In this document: positions 47,145-58,709 of the stretch, in pieces
Layout of the letters: every line of letters starts with the position of its first letter
Numbering within the stretch: position 1 is the stretch's first letter
Assembly (NCBI GenBank): GCA_028684095.1
Contig: JAQUGQ010000007.1
Location: forward strand, 13,489-77,488
DNA length: 64,000 nucleotides
Source: Clostridia bacterium
Lineage (GTDB): Bacteria; Bacillota; Clostridia; TANB77; CAG-465
Direction: 5' to 3'
Translations under genes and position numbers: made by a program
The notes under the pieces: model-generated
Told to the model about the DNA's origin: nothing
The model's database searches: none
The model's input: the letters and a program-made list of their open reading frames with translations, nothing else

Positions 47145-48551
47145 ATGCAAGATAATTTTATTAGTATATGGTCTGAAGCCTTGGAAATACTTAAAGAAGA
47201 AATATCACCTGTAGGTTACAAAACATATGTTGATGTAATGATTCCAAGAATAGCTGATGAACATACAATATGTTTATTAGCTCCATCAAATTATCATATT
47301 GATATTTGTAAAAAAAGATATTTAGACTTGATTCAAAATACATTACAAATTTTAACTAAGCGTGATTATATAATTACATTTGAATCAAAAGAGATGATAC
47401 CTGAAGATAATAAGTATGATAGTGATTTAAAAATGGATACAAATGAACCATTAAATTTTGAACTAACAAAAGATAAAAAAAAGGATTCTACAAGTCTAGA
47501 AAATAGTATCGATAGTATGCAAACAAATTCTAATTTAAATCCTAAATATATTTTTGATAATTATATTATAGGATCTAATAATAGATTTGCTCATGCTGCT
47601 GCAATTGCAGTATCAGAAAATTCTGGTCAGAAATATAATCCTTTATATATATATGGGGGAGTAGGATTAGGTAAAACTCATCTTATGCAAGCTATAGGAA
47701 ATGAAATAATGAAGACAAGCCCTGATAAAAAAATTGTATATGCTACTGGTGAGTTGTTTACTAATGAACTTGTTACTGCACTAATGACTAATAAAAACGA
47801 AGACTTTAGAAAAAAATATAGAAACGTAGATTTACTTTTAATTGATGATGTACAATTTTTAGCAGGAAAAGATAAGTGTCAAGAAGAGTTTTTTCATACT
47901 TTTAATACTTTATTTCAAAGTGGTAAACAAATAGTACTCACATCTGAAAAGCCACCTAAAGAAATTATGATGCTAGAAGATAGATTAAAAACTAGATTTG
48001 AAATGGGTCTTTCTGTTGATATACAAACACCAGATTATGAAACAAGACTTGCAATTCTCAGAAAAAAGACTCAAAATGAAAGATATATTATAAATGATGA
48101 TGTATTAATTAAAATAGCTAGTAAAGTAAAGTCAAATATAAGAGAACTTGAAGGTGTCTTTAATAAATTAGTTGCATATTCATCATTTACTAATAGTGAT
48201 TTAACAGATTCAATTGTTGATAATACTATAGAATCAATACTTGTTAAAAACACTAAAATTATTACAAGTAAACTTATTATGCAAATTGTAGCTAAGTTCT
48301 TTAATGTAAAAGTTAGTGATTTAACTAGTGATAAGAGATCAAATAGTGTTACTTATCCTAGACAAATAGCTATGTATTTATGTAGAGACATTGCTAATCT
48401 CTCATTTCCTGCAATAGGTAGAGACTTTGGTGGAAGAGATCACTCAACTGTTTTACATTCATACGGAAAAATAAAAGAAGAATATGAAAAAAAAGAAGAA
48501 ACAAAAAATGTAATAGAAGAGTTGAAAAAATCCCTATCTATAGATGAATAA
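47145..48551 (+). CDS. dnaA: chromosomal replication initiator DnaA
   Basis: 468 aa. Motifs GGVGLGKTHLMQAIG, LLLIDDVQFL and RELEG. C-terminal DNA-binding helix is PRQIAMYLCRDI...IGRDFGGRDHSTVLHSY. Confidence 0.98.
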   Translation: MQDNFISIWSEALEILKEEISPVGYKTYVDVMIPRIADEHTICLLAPSNYHIDICKKRYLDLIQNTLQILTKRDYIITFESKEMIPEDNKYDSDLKMDTNEPLNFELTKDKKKDSTSLENSIDSMQTNSNLNPKYIFDNYIIGSNNRFAHAAAIAVSENSGQKYNPLYIYGGVGLGKTHLMQAIGNEIMKTSPDKKIVYATGELFTNELVTALMTNKNEDFRKKYRNVDLLLIDDVQFLAGKDKCQEEFFHTFNTLFQSGKQIVLTSEKPPKEIMMLEDRLKTRFEMGLSVDIQTPDYETRLAILRKKTQNERYIINDDVLIKIASKVKSNIRELEGVFNKLVAYSSFTNSDLTDSIVDNTIESILVKNTKIITSKLIMQIVAKFFNVKVSDLTSDKRSNSVTYPRQIAMYLCRDIANLSFPAIGRDFGGRDHSTVLHSYGKIKEEYEKKEETKNVIEELKKSLSIDE

Positions 48552-48606
48552 CATACATTATTTCAAATATTACATTTTTATTACAATAATATTACAAAAC
48601 AAAAAG

Positions 48607-48785
48607 TTATCCACACTTTGCTGTGGATAGAGGTGTGTAAAAACTGTGGATAATTTACTTATATGTTAGTTTTCCACAATAAAACAGTTGTTCTGTGTAT
48701 AAAATTACATAATATCCACAGTTTTATCCACATATATAAAATCATTGGTATCAGTATTTAAAAGTAGTTTTCCACTGTTTCCACA
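48607..48785. promoter_or_regulatory. oriC DnaA-box array (dnaA-dnaN spacer)
   Basis: Perfect boxes at 48607-48615, 48645-48653 (rc) and 48724-48732. One- or two-mismatch boxes at 48622-48630, 48670-48678, 48712-48720, 48768-48776 and 48777-48785. A further perfect rc box lies at 48872-48880, beyond the AT-rich region. Confidence 0.9.
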
Positions 48786-48789
48786 ACAC

Positions 48790-48807
48790 CTACTACTACT
48801 ACTACTA
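48790..48807. promoter_or_regulatory. DnaA-trio element: six tandem CTA (bottom strand 3'-GAT-5')
   Basis: CTACTACTACTACTACTA sits directly after two tandem degenerate DnaA boxes and a short C-rich spacer (ACACC). Confidence 0.7.
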
Positions 48808-48835
48808 TAACTATATATTAATATATATATATTAT
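48808..48835. other. AT-rich DNA unwinding element candidate
   Basis: TAACTATATATTAATATATATATATTAT is almost pure A/T, immediately distal to the trio repeat. Confidence 0.6.
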
Positions 48836-48940
48836 GCGGCTCAAAATTATACACTTTCGATATGTTTAATATGTGGATAAATTAATATAATTTAATATTT
48901 AAAATATGATAAATATATTTTAATAAATGGAGGAATAGAA

Positions 48941-50059
48941 ATGAAAATTAATTGTGAAACAAATCAACTTATAAATGGACTTAATGTAGTATTTAAAACT
49001 GCATCATCTAAAACAACAATGCCTATACTTGACGGTGTTTTAATAGAAGCATATAATAATGTAATTAAATTAACAACTAGTGATTTAGAAATGAGCTGTA
49101 CACATACTATGAAATGTAATGTACAAGAAGAAGGAAGTACAGTTGTAGATATTAGAATGCTAAATGAAATAATGAGAAAATTAGAAGCAGAACAAATAAC
49201 ATTAGAATCAAATGATAGTTTATTCATTATAAAATCTGTAAATGGTATATTTAAACTTGCTGTTATGAATCCATTAGAATATCCTAAATTACCTATATTT
49301 ACTATAAGCAGTAGTATAGAAATAAAACAAAAATTTTTTAAAGATATGATTAGAAAAATATTATTTGCAGTTAGTACAGATGAAAATAGGCCTATATATA
49401 CTGGAGCATTATTAAAGGTTGAAGATAATATTTTAACATTAGTAGCTTTAGATGGATTTAGATTAGCATTAAAAAAATATTTAAATGATAAAGAAATAAA
49501 TAATTTTAAAGCTATAATACCAGGAAGAGTATTAAGTGAAATATTAAAAATACTTATTGATAATGAAGAAGAAGTTATAAAAATAGGTACAAATAAAAAT
49601 CAAGCTTTATTTGAAGTAGGAAATAGTATTATAATTAGCAGAATAATAGATGGAGAATTTTTAAATTATAATAGTATAATACCATCAAATAGAGAATCAA
49701 GAATAAGGGTAAAAACAAAAAAACTATTAGATACATTTGAAAGGGTTGCTCTATTTGCAAAAGAAAGTTCAGATAAAGATAAAAAATCTCCTGTTAAAAT
49801 GAATATTTCATTAGATGGTCTAACATTAAGTTGTATAAGTCAAACTGGTGATGCAAAAGAAAGTATAGCAGCTGTACTTGAAGGAAAAGATTTAGAAATA
49901 GGATTTAATCCTAGATATTTTATAGAAACATTAAAAGTAATAGAAGATCCAGAAATATATATTGATTTTACATCTAGTATTGCTCCAGCAGTTATTTATC
50001 CTATACAAGGAAATGACTACTTATATATAGTTTTACCTGTTAAATTAAGACAAGAATAA
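48941..50059 (+). CDS. dnaN: DNA polymerase III beta sliding clamp
   Basis: 372 aa with three-domain clamp length. LPILDGVLIEA and DGFRLA. Conserved dnaA-dnaN order. Confidence 0.95.
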   Translation: MKINCETNQLINGLNVVFKTASSKTTMPILDGVLIEAYNNVIKLTTSDLEMSCTHTMKCNVQEEGSTVVDIRMLNEIMRKLEAEQITLESNDSLFIIKSVNGIFKLAVMNPLEYPKLPIFTISSSIEIKQKFFKDMIRKILFAVSTDENRPIYTGALLKVEDNILTLVALDGFRLALKKYLNDKEINNFKAIIPGRVLSEILKILIDNEEEVIKIGTNKNQALFEVGNSIIISRIIDGEFLNYNSIIPSNRESRIRVKTKKLLDTFERVALFAKESSDKDKKSPVKMNISLDGLTLSCISQTGDAKESIAAVLEGKDLEIGFNPRYFIETLKVIEDPEIYIDFTSSIAPAVIYPIQGNDYLYIVLPVKLRQE

Positions 50060-50074
50060 TAAAGGATATATAAT

Positions 50075-51157
50075 ATGTTTATTAAAGAAATAAATTTGAA
50101 TGGATTTAGAAATTATAATAATCAAAACATATCATTTATAAATGGTATTAATTTATTTATAGGTGATAATGCACAGGGTAAAACAAATATAATAGAAGCT
50201 ATATATTTATCAGCATTTGCTAAATCATACAGAACCATAAAAGATTTAGAATTAATAAACTTTGATAAAGAATACACACGTATAAATTTAGAATATAGTA
50301 AAAAAAATATAGAAAAAAGTGTAGAATTATTTATAGATAAATTAGGTAATAAATTAATAAAATATGATGATATAAAAATAAATAAAATATCTTCAATAAT
50401 AGGAGAAATTATTCTTGTTGTCTTTTCGCCAGATGATTTAAATATAGTAAAAGGAGCACCTAGCAGTAGAAGAAAATTTATAGATATGATATGTTGTCAA
50501 ATTTCGAAATCATATATTATAAATTTACAAGAATATAATAAATGTTTAAAAATTAAAAATAATTTACTTAAGAAAAATATTACAATAGAAGATAAAGAAT
50601 ATATTTATGTATTAAATGAAAAGATGAGTTTTTATATAGAAAAAATAACTGAGTTTAGAAAAGAAATATTAAAAAAAATATTATATCAGTCAAAAAACAT
50701 TCATCTTAGTATAACAGAAAATAAAGAAGAAATAAAATTTGAGTATATTTCTGAATTTATAGATTTAGATAAAGAAAAAATAAGACACATATTGAATAAT
50801 AATATTAATATAGATATATATAGAAAAACAAGTACAAAAGGATTACAAAAAGATGATATAATAATATATATTAATGATTTTGAAGTAAATAAATTTGGTT
50901 CACAAGGACAAAATAGAACTGCATTACTTACTTTAAAATTAGCAAATTTTGAAGTTTTAAAAGAATTAAAAGAAGAAACACCAATACTGTTATTAGATGA
51001 TATAATGTCTGAACTTGATAATAAGAGAATAAATTTTTTACTTAAATATATAGAAAATTATCAATCTATTATAACTACTACAGAATATGGATTTATTGAT
51101 AATTTTAAGAATATTAAAATTTCTAAAATTTTAAATGGACACTTGCAAAATCAATAG
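50075..51157 (+). CDS. recF: DNA replication and repair protein RecF
   Basis: 360 aa. Walker A GDNAQGKTNIIEAIY. Signature FGSQGQNRTALLTLKLA. Walker B LLLDDIMSELD. Confidence 0.95.
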   Translation: MFIKEINLNGFRNYNNQNISFINGINLFIGDNAQGKTNIIEAIYLSAFAKSYRTIKDLELINFDKEYTRINLEYSKKNIEKSVELFIDKLGNKLIKYDDIKINKISSIIGEIILVVFSPDDLNIVKGAPSSRRKFIDMICCQISKSYIINLQEYNKCLKIKNNLLKKNITIEDKEYIYVLNEKMSFYIEKITEFRKEILKKILYQSKNIHLSITENKEEIKFEYISEFIDLDKEKIRHILNNNINIDIYRKTSTKGLQKDDIIIYINDFEVNKFGSQGQNRTALLTLKLANFEVLKELKEETPILLLDDIMSELDNKRINFLLKYIENYQSIITTTEYGFIDNFKNIKISKILNGHLQNQ

Positions 51158-51201
51158 CTTTTGTGATATAATGTAAAAAGAAAATGAAAAGGAGTGTTTA
51201 A

Positions 51202-53130
<1,929 letters not shown>

Positions 53131-53167
53131 TTTATTATTTTTAGCAAATATAATTATAAATAAGTTG

Positions 53168-53198
53168 AAGTATACCAAATAATTTGGTATGCTTTTTT
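53168..53198 (+). terminator. rho-independent terminator after gyrB
   Basis: ATACCAAAT (53172-53180) pairs with ATTTGGTAT (53182-53190), then GC and T6. Confidence 0.75.
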
Positions 53199-53463
53199 GT
53201 GTGTTATGAATATCACACGTATAACGTGTGGTTTCAAAAAGCTTCTAGCCATAAACAAAATAATAAAAAATAACACTTCCTTTAGGGTATTAATATGAGA
53301 GGTCGGACAACCAAATATATTAGGAAAATAATTTAAAGAAGATAAGGTAATATAGCCTTATAGGCATTTATTTGTATTTTGTTAGTTGTATTATATTATA
53401 GAATATGATATAATACTATTAATTAAATAAATGACCAAATTAATAATTTAAGGAGGAGTATTT

Positions 53464-54045
53464 ATGATTAATGTGACAGCCTTAATAGGGAGTTTAATTG
53501 GTGTAATATTTATATTTATTTTTGTAGCATTATTTTATGAATTGGTAAAGAAAAAATTACAAATTGAAAGTTTAGAGATTTGGAAAAGAAAAAATATATC
53601 AGAAATTTTTCAAGTGGAAGGAGTTTTAAATGCACCTGGATGTTGGATCTTTTCTATAATATTTATAATAATATATTTTTTATTTTCTAATCAAGAAAAT
53701 CTAATAAAATATATTATATTATCGATTATTCTTAACCTTGCTTTTCAATCTTTACTAGGTTTCATTAATAGTGAACTTGATTTTGTAATTAAAGATAGTG
53801 AAATTATATTATTATCAGTATCAGTTACATTAATAGCTATAGTGTTTTTTACGTTTCCTAGTATATATATTAAATTAGTAGTACTTGGAATAATATTATT
53901 AACTGAATTTAATATAATTTATCGTGAGTTTACAGGTATATGGGATAGTTTGTTTGATTTAAATTTTTACACATTAGAAGATATTTTTCTACTGTACACA
54001 CCACCAATGGCATTATTCATAGCAATTTTTATAACGTTATTTTAA
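53464..54045 (+). CDS. hypothetical polytopic membrane protein
   Basis: 193 aa. SD AAGGAGGAG upstream. About 6 hydrophobic helices. No motif recognised. Confidence 0.6.
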   Translation: MINVTALIGSLIGVIFIFIFVALFYELVKKKLQIESLEIWKRKNISEIFQVEGVLNAPGCWIFSIIFIIIYFLFSNQENLIKYIILSIILNLAFQSLLGFINSELDFVIKDSEIILLSVSVTLIAIVFFTFPSIYIKLVVLGIILLTEFNIIYREFTGIWDSLFDLNFYTLEDIFLLYTPPMALFIAIFITLF

Positions 54046-54060
54046 ATACAGGATTTAGTA

Positions 54061-54114
54061 GAACTTAAGAATAGGAGCACAAATGAGTGTGCTATTCTTA
54101 GGTTCTGTTTTTTT
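54061..54114 (+). terminator. long-stem rho-independent terminator
   Basis: GAACTTAAGAATAG... (54061-54080) pairs with ...CTATTCTTAGGTTC (54087-54106), then a T-run. Confidence 0.8.
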
Positions 54115-54234
54115 ATAAATTTATGCATTTTAAGTATTTAAATTACTATAACAATTTATTTTCCAAAAAATATTATAATATAAATACAAAAATATAACAA
54201 ACTATTGACAAATATAAATTCATAGTGTATAATC

Positions 54235-54375
54235 TATATAACAAAAGTAGAGGATTTCTTCTCACCATACCAATTTATTGTGTTATGGTAACATACAAAT
54301 TAGTAAAAAATTATTAGTTTATATAGTTTTGAGAAGATTGCCTTTTACTAGAGCAGTCTTTTTTATATATTTTTT
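54235..54375 (+). promoter_or_regulatory. probable L20-leader attenuator upstream of infC
   Basis: Untranslated leader before infC-rpmI-rplT. It ends in the hairpin AAGATTGC (54334-54341) / GCAGTCTT (54353-54360) followed by a T-run. The position matches the Firmicute L20 leader. Not verified by covariance model. Confidence 0.4.
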
Positions 54376-54383
54376 GGGGGTGT

Positions 54384-54896
54384 ATTAATATAAAAGATTT
54401 TCTAATTAATGAGCAAATTAAAGTAGCTCAAGTTCAAGTAATTGATGATAATGGCGAAAAATTAGGTAAAATATCAACTAAAGAAGCTATCGAAATGGCA
54501 TATTCAAAAAATTTAGATTTAGTTTTAGTTTCTCCAAGTGCTGAAAACCCAGTATGTAAAATGTTTGACTATAGTAAATATAAATTTGAAATGAATAAAA
54601 AAGCAAAAGAAGCAAAGAAGAAACAAAAAATAGTTGAAATTAAAGAAGTAAGATTATCACCAAACATTGACAAACATGATGTGGAAATAAAAGCTAAAAT
54701 GGCTGATAAATTTATTACATCAGGTGACAAAGTAAAAGTTACAATGAGATTTAGAGGAAGACAACTTAACTTTATAAATCAAGGTAGAGAAATTATGAAT
54801 AATTTTAAAGAAATGATTTCAAATGGTCAAGTTGAAAAAGAAGCTAAAATGGAAGGTAAAAACCTTGTAATGTTTTTATCACCAAAACAAAAATAA
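54384..54896 (+). CDS. infC: translation initiation factor IF-3 (non-canonical ATT start)
   Basis: The track ORF (54495) lacks the N-domain. The frame is open from 54333. ATT at 54384 behind GGGGG gives INIKDFLINEQIKVAQVQVIDDNGEKLGKISTKEAIEMAYSKNLDLVLVSP, the conserved IF-3 N-terminus. AUU starts are the rule for infC. Confidence 0.9.
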   Translation: MNIKDFLINEQIKVAQVQVIDDNGEKLGKISTKEAIEMAYSKNLDLVLVSPSAENPVCKMFDYSKYKFEMNKKAKEAKKKQKIVEIKEVRLSPNIDKHDVEIKAKMADKFITSGDKVKVTMRFRGRQLNFINQGREIMNNFKEMISNGQVEKEAKMEGKNLVMFLSPKQK

Positions 54897-54921
54897 TAAA
54901 ATTTGAAAGGGGAAAATTATT

Positions 54922-55119
54922 ATGCCTAAAATGAAATCACACAGTGCATCTAAAAAAAGATTTTCAGTAACAAAATCTGGATTAGTTAAAAAAACAGTAG
55001 CAAATAGAGCACATAAATTAACATGTAAATCAGCTAAGAGAAAATTATCTCTAAAAAAAGATGCATTTGTTAAGAGTGCAAATATGAGTGCAATGAAAAA
55101 ATTATTACCATACGGTTAA
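54922..55119 (+). CDS. rpmI: 50S ribosomal protein L35
   Basis: 65 aa. [14 protein letters not shown] start. Confidence 0.95.
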   Translation: MPKMKSHSASKKRFSVTKSGLVKKTVANRAHKLTCKSAKRKLSLKKDAFVKSANMSAMKKLLPYG

Positions 55120-55136
55120 GAAGGAGGAATAGAAAA

Positions 55137-55481
55137 ATGGCAAGAGTAAAAGGAGCAGTTACAACAAGAGCAAGACATAAAAAAGTTTTAAAGAGAGCAA
55201 AAGGATATTTTGGAGCAAAATCAGTAAGATTTAAAATGGCTAAACAAGCTGTTATGAAATCTTTAAATTATGCATTTATAGGTAGAAAACAAAAGAAAAG
55301 AAATTTTAGACAACTATGGATTGCAAGAATAAATGCAGCAACTAGATTAAATGGAATGCCTTATAGCAAATTTATGTCAGGTCTAAAAAAGGCAAACATA
55401 AACATAAATAGAAAAATGCTTGCAGAAATGGCAATTAGTGATGCAAGTTCATTTGCATCATTAGTAGAAAAAGTAAAATAG
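55137..55481 (+). CDS. rplT: 50S ribosomal protein L20
   Basis: 114 aa. [26 protein letters not shown] start. Confidence 0.97.
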   Translation: MARVKGAVTTRARHKKVLKRAKGYFGAKSVRFKMAKQAVMKSLNYAFIGRKQKKRNFRQLWIARINAATRLNGMPYSKFMSGLKKANININRKMLAEMAISDASSFASLVEKVK

Positions 55482-55502
55482 AATAGAAAGAGAGGTGTTT
55501 TT

Positions 55503-56060
55503 ATGATCTTTGCAGGAGAGTTTAGAAATGGTGTAACATTTGAAATGGATTCATCTGTTTATAGAGTTACTGATTTTCAACACGTTAAGCCAGGCAAAGG
55601 AGCAGCCTTCGTAAGAACAAAACTTAAAAACATTATGACAGGAAATACCTTAGAAAAAACATTTAATCCAACAGAAAAAGTAGAAGAAGCACAAATATCA
55701 ATAACAGAAATGCAATATTTATATAGCGATGGAGACATATATACTTTTATGGATACAACTACATTTGAACAAGCGGAACTATCAAAAAAACAAATAGAAG
55801 AAACTTTGCCATTTCTAAAGGATAATATGAATTTTAAAGTGTTATCATATAAAGATAAAGTATTTGGTGTTGAACCTCCTATATTTGTAGAACTTGAAGT
55901 AACATATACAGAACCTGGAATAAAAGGAAGTACATCAAATGGTACCACAAAACCGGCAACTGTAGAAACAGGAGCAATTTTTAATGTTCCAATATTTGTA
56001 GAAATAGGAAATGTAATAAGAATTGATACTAGAACATCTGAATATATGGCAAGAGTATAA
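55503..56060 (+). CDS. efp: elongation factor P
   Basis: 185 aa. [23 protein letters not shown]. Confidence 0.97.
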   Translation: MIFAGEFRNGVTFEMDSSVYRVTDFQHVKPGKGAAFVRTKLKNIMTGNTLEKTFNPTEKVEEAQISITEMQYLYSDGDIYTFMDTTTFEQAELSKKQIEETLPFLKDNMNFKVLSYKDKVFGVEPPIFVELEVTYTEPGIKGSTSNGTTKPATVETGAIFNVPIFVEIGNVIRIDTRTSEYMARV

Positions 56061-56084
56061 TCAAGATAGTCTAATATATATGTG

Positions 56085-56120
56085 ATATACTCTGATTTAA
56101 ATAGCAGGGTATATTTTTTT
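56085..56120 (+). terminator. rho-independent terminator after efp
   Basis: ATATACTCTG (56085-56094) pairs with CAGGGTATAT (56105-56114), then T-run. It overlaps the ORF-track GTG start at 56082, which argues for a later miaB start. Confidence 0.8.
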
Positions 56121-56135
56121 AAGTGGGTGAATTTA

Positions 56136-57507
56136 TTGAGATTTAAAAATAATTATATAGATAAAATAAAAAATTATACAAAAGATAATAACTTAACATA
56201 CTTTATTGATACTATGGGTTGTGCAATGAACGAAAATGATTCAAATAAATATGCGGGTATTTTAGAATCAATGGGTTTCGTTAAAGGTATAAGTGAATTA
56301 GAATCAAACTTTATATTATTTAATACATGTACAATAAGGGAAAATGCAGAAAATACTCTTTTTGGTAGACTTGGAGCATTAAAAAACAAGAGAAAAACAC
56401 AGAATAATACGTATATTGCTGTTGCAGGTTGTATGACTCAACAAGAACATATAGTAAAAAAAATAAAAGAGTCGTATCCATATACTGATATAGTTTTCGG
56501 AACTAATGGTGTGCAAAGTTTTCCTGAAAAAATATATAATACTATAATAAAAAAAGAAAAAAAATATGAATATATTGAAACAGAGAGTGAAATTATAGAA
56601 GATGTACCGATAGTTTTTAATGATCAATATAAGGCAACAGTTAGTATAATATATGGTTGTAATAATTTTTGCACATATTGTATTGTTCCTTATGTACGTG
56701 GTAGAGAAAGAAGTAGAATAAAAGAAGATATATTAACAGATATAAATAACTTTGCAGATAGAGGTTATAAAGAAATTACTTTGTTGGGTCAAAATGTTAA
56801 TTCATATGGTAAAGATTTAAATTATGAATATACATTTTCTAAACTTCTTCAAGATATCGAGAAAATAGACCGGAATAGAAATAATACGTTTTATGTCTCC
56901 TCATCCTAAAGATTTTACAGATGATTTAATAGATGTAATATCAAAATCTAAAAAGATATCAAAACAAATACATTTACCACTTCAATCTGGTAGTAATAGA
57001 ATACTACAATTAATGAATAGAAAATATACCAGAGAATACTATATTAATTTAGTAAATAAAATAAAAGAAAAATGTACTAATGTAAATTTTTCAACCGATA
57101 TAATTGTAGGATTTCCTGGAGAAACAGAAGAAGATTTTATTGATACTTTGAATTTAGTAAATGAAGTCAAGTTTGATCAGATATTTATGTATATTTACTC
57201 TAAAAGAAGTGGAACAAAAGCAGCCATTATGGAAGATTTTACTGAATATGAAGAAAAGGTTTCAAGATTGATTAGAATAAAAAAAGATTTTGAAAGGTTA
57301 ACTAGCGAAGTTAATGATAAAATGATTGATAAAGAGTATTCTATATTAGTAGAAGGAAAAAGTAAAACAAGTGATGAATATTACACAGGAAGAACAAATA
57401 CTAATAAAATTGTAATATTCAAATCAAATGATAGAGATATTGGAAAAATAAAAAAAGTTAAAATAACAAATAATAATTTGTGGTATGTAACAGGAGAAAT
57501 AGTATAA
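56136..57507 (+). pseudogene. miaB: tRNA-i6A37 methylthiotransferase MiaB, interrupted by a 1-nt frameshift near 56871
   Basis: ORFs 56082-56909 and 56893-57507 are the two halves of one MiaB. They carry TMGCAMNENDS, the radical-SAM motif GCNNFCTYCIVPYVRGRERSR, and a TRAM C-terminus. Reading ...LLQDIEKID then skipping C56871 gives GIEIIRFMSPHPKDF, the conserved junction. Probable start is TTG 56136. Confidence 0.85.
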
Positions 57508-57515
57508 TTTTAAAA

Positions 57516-57550
57516 ATATAACAATCTATAATGAATTGTTATATTTTTTT
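57516..57550 (+). terminator. rho-independent terminator after miaB
   Basis: ATATAACAAT (57516-57525) pairs with ATTGTTATAT (57535-57544), then T6. Confidence 0.8.
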
Positions 57551-57629
57551 ATTCATAATTTTATAAAAAAAATATATATTATAGTATGTAAAGATAAAAT
57601 AGTATAATATACAAATTAGGAGGAAAATT

Positions 57630-58706
57630 ATGGAAAACGTTATTTCTGCAAGAAGATTAAGAAAAAGTGTGCTAAATAGTGTGGGTGAGGTAGATTTAGA
57701 ATTATACAATTTAAATAGAACAAATCCATACAGAACAAATTCATACAAGAATAAAACATTTAAATCATTAACAAGTAAAGAGGATATTAAATTAGTAAAC
57801 TTTAAAACAAAGTTAATAGTAAAACTATTTATTTGTTCTGTTATTTTGTTTTCAATAATACTATCAAAAATGTTCTTTTTACAAAATATCAAAAACAACA
57901 GTGAAATAGTAATGCTATATAATCATTATATAACAGATTTTTCTAAAGTTACTGTGCTTGAAAAATTAGAATTTAGAATAAACAAATTTAATTTAGTAAT
58001 AGATAATATTATTCCTAATAAAATAAAAGAATATATAAATGAAAAATATTTTAATTCAATAAAGCCATATATATTAACTTTTGATTTAAAAACAAATTTT
58101 AAAGAACTAATTAATTTAGATAATAATAAAATAGAAACTATATCCGAAAATAAAATTATAGAAACAGTTACTCCTGAAAGTAGTAATGTTAGTGTTAAGG
58201 AAAATGATGAAGTTTTAAATGGAATAGGTGGTGCAGAACCATTAGAAAATAAAACAGTGGAAGTAATTAGCTCAATAAGTATAATGGATATAGATATACA
58301 ATTAATAAAATCAAAAAATGTAAGTATAATAAGTCCTGTTAATGGTGTTGTAACTTCAAGATATGGTGTAAGACAGGAAGTGTTTCCTGGGGTGGATCCA
58401 TACCATACAGGTATAGATATAGCAAATAAAAAGAAAACAGAAATTTTAAGTGCTACAAATGGAATTGTAACAAAGGTTGAATACGATAATAAATATTATG
58501 GTAATTTTATAGAGATAACAGAAAACGAAATTATATTTAAATATGGACATTTGGATAGTATTAATGTAAAACAAGGTAATATTGTAAAACAAAAAGATAA
58601 CATAGGATTGATGGGAAATACAGGAATGTCTACTGGTACACATCTTCATTTTGAAATAAGAATTAATGATAGAACAGTTAATCCAGAAGAATTATTAAAA
58701 TTTTAA
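57630..58706 (+). CDS. membrane-anchored M23 (LytM) peptidase, SpoIVFA-position homologue
   Basis: 358 aa. One TM (LFICSVILFSIILS). C-terminal LytM domain has intact HTGIDI (HxxxD) and THLHFE (HxH). Confidence 0.8.
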   Translation: MENVISARRLRKSVLNSVGEVDLELYNLNRTNPYRTNSYKNKTFKSLTSKEDIKLVNFKTKLIVKLFICSVILFSIILSKMFFLQNIKNNSEIVMLYNHYITDFSKVTVLEKLEFRINKFNLVIDNIIPNKIKEYINEKYFNSIKPYILTFDLKTNFKELINLDNNKIETISENKIIETVTPESSNVSVKENDEVLNGIGGAEPLENKTVEVISSISIMDIDIQLIKSKNVSIISPVNGVVTSRYGVRQEVFPGVDPYHTGIDIANKKKTEILSATNGIVTKVEYDNKYYGNFIEITENEIIFKYGHLDSINVKQGNIVKQKDNIGLMGNTGMSTGTHLHFEIRINDRTVNPEELLKF

Positions 58707-58709
58707 AAT

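Noticed and set aside
48790-48807. Considered the (TAC/CTA)n trinucleotide microsatellite as a slipped-strand phase-variation tract
   Set aside because: It is intergenic, inside oriC, and positioned exactly between DnaA boxes and the AT-rich element. The DnaA-trio interpretation explains it fully.
55577-55948. 123-aa ORF antisense to efp
   Set aside because: It is a shadow ORF inside a highly conserved gene.
57539-57898. 119-aa minus-strand ORF overlapping the 5' end of the M23 peptidase gene
   Set aside because: It begins inside the miaB terminator region, has no SD and a low-complexity hydrophobic translation. The plus-strand gene has a clear SD (AGGAGG) and a conserved domain.
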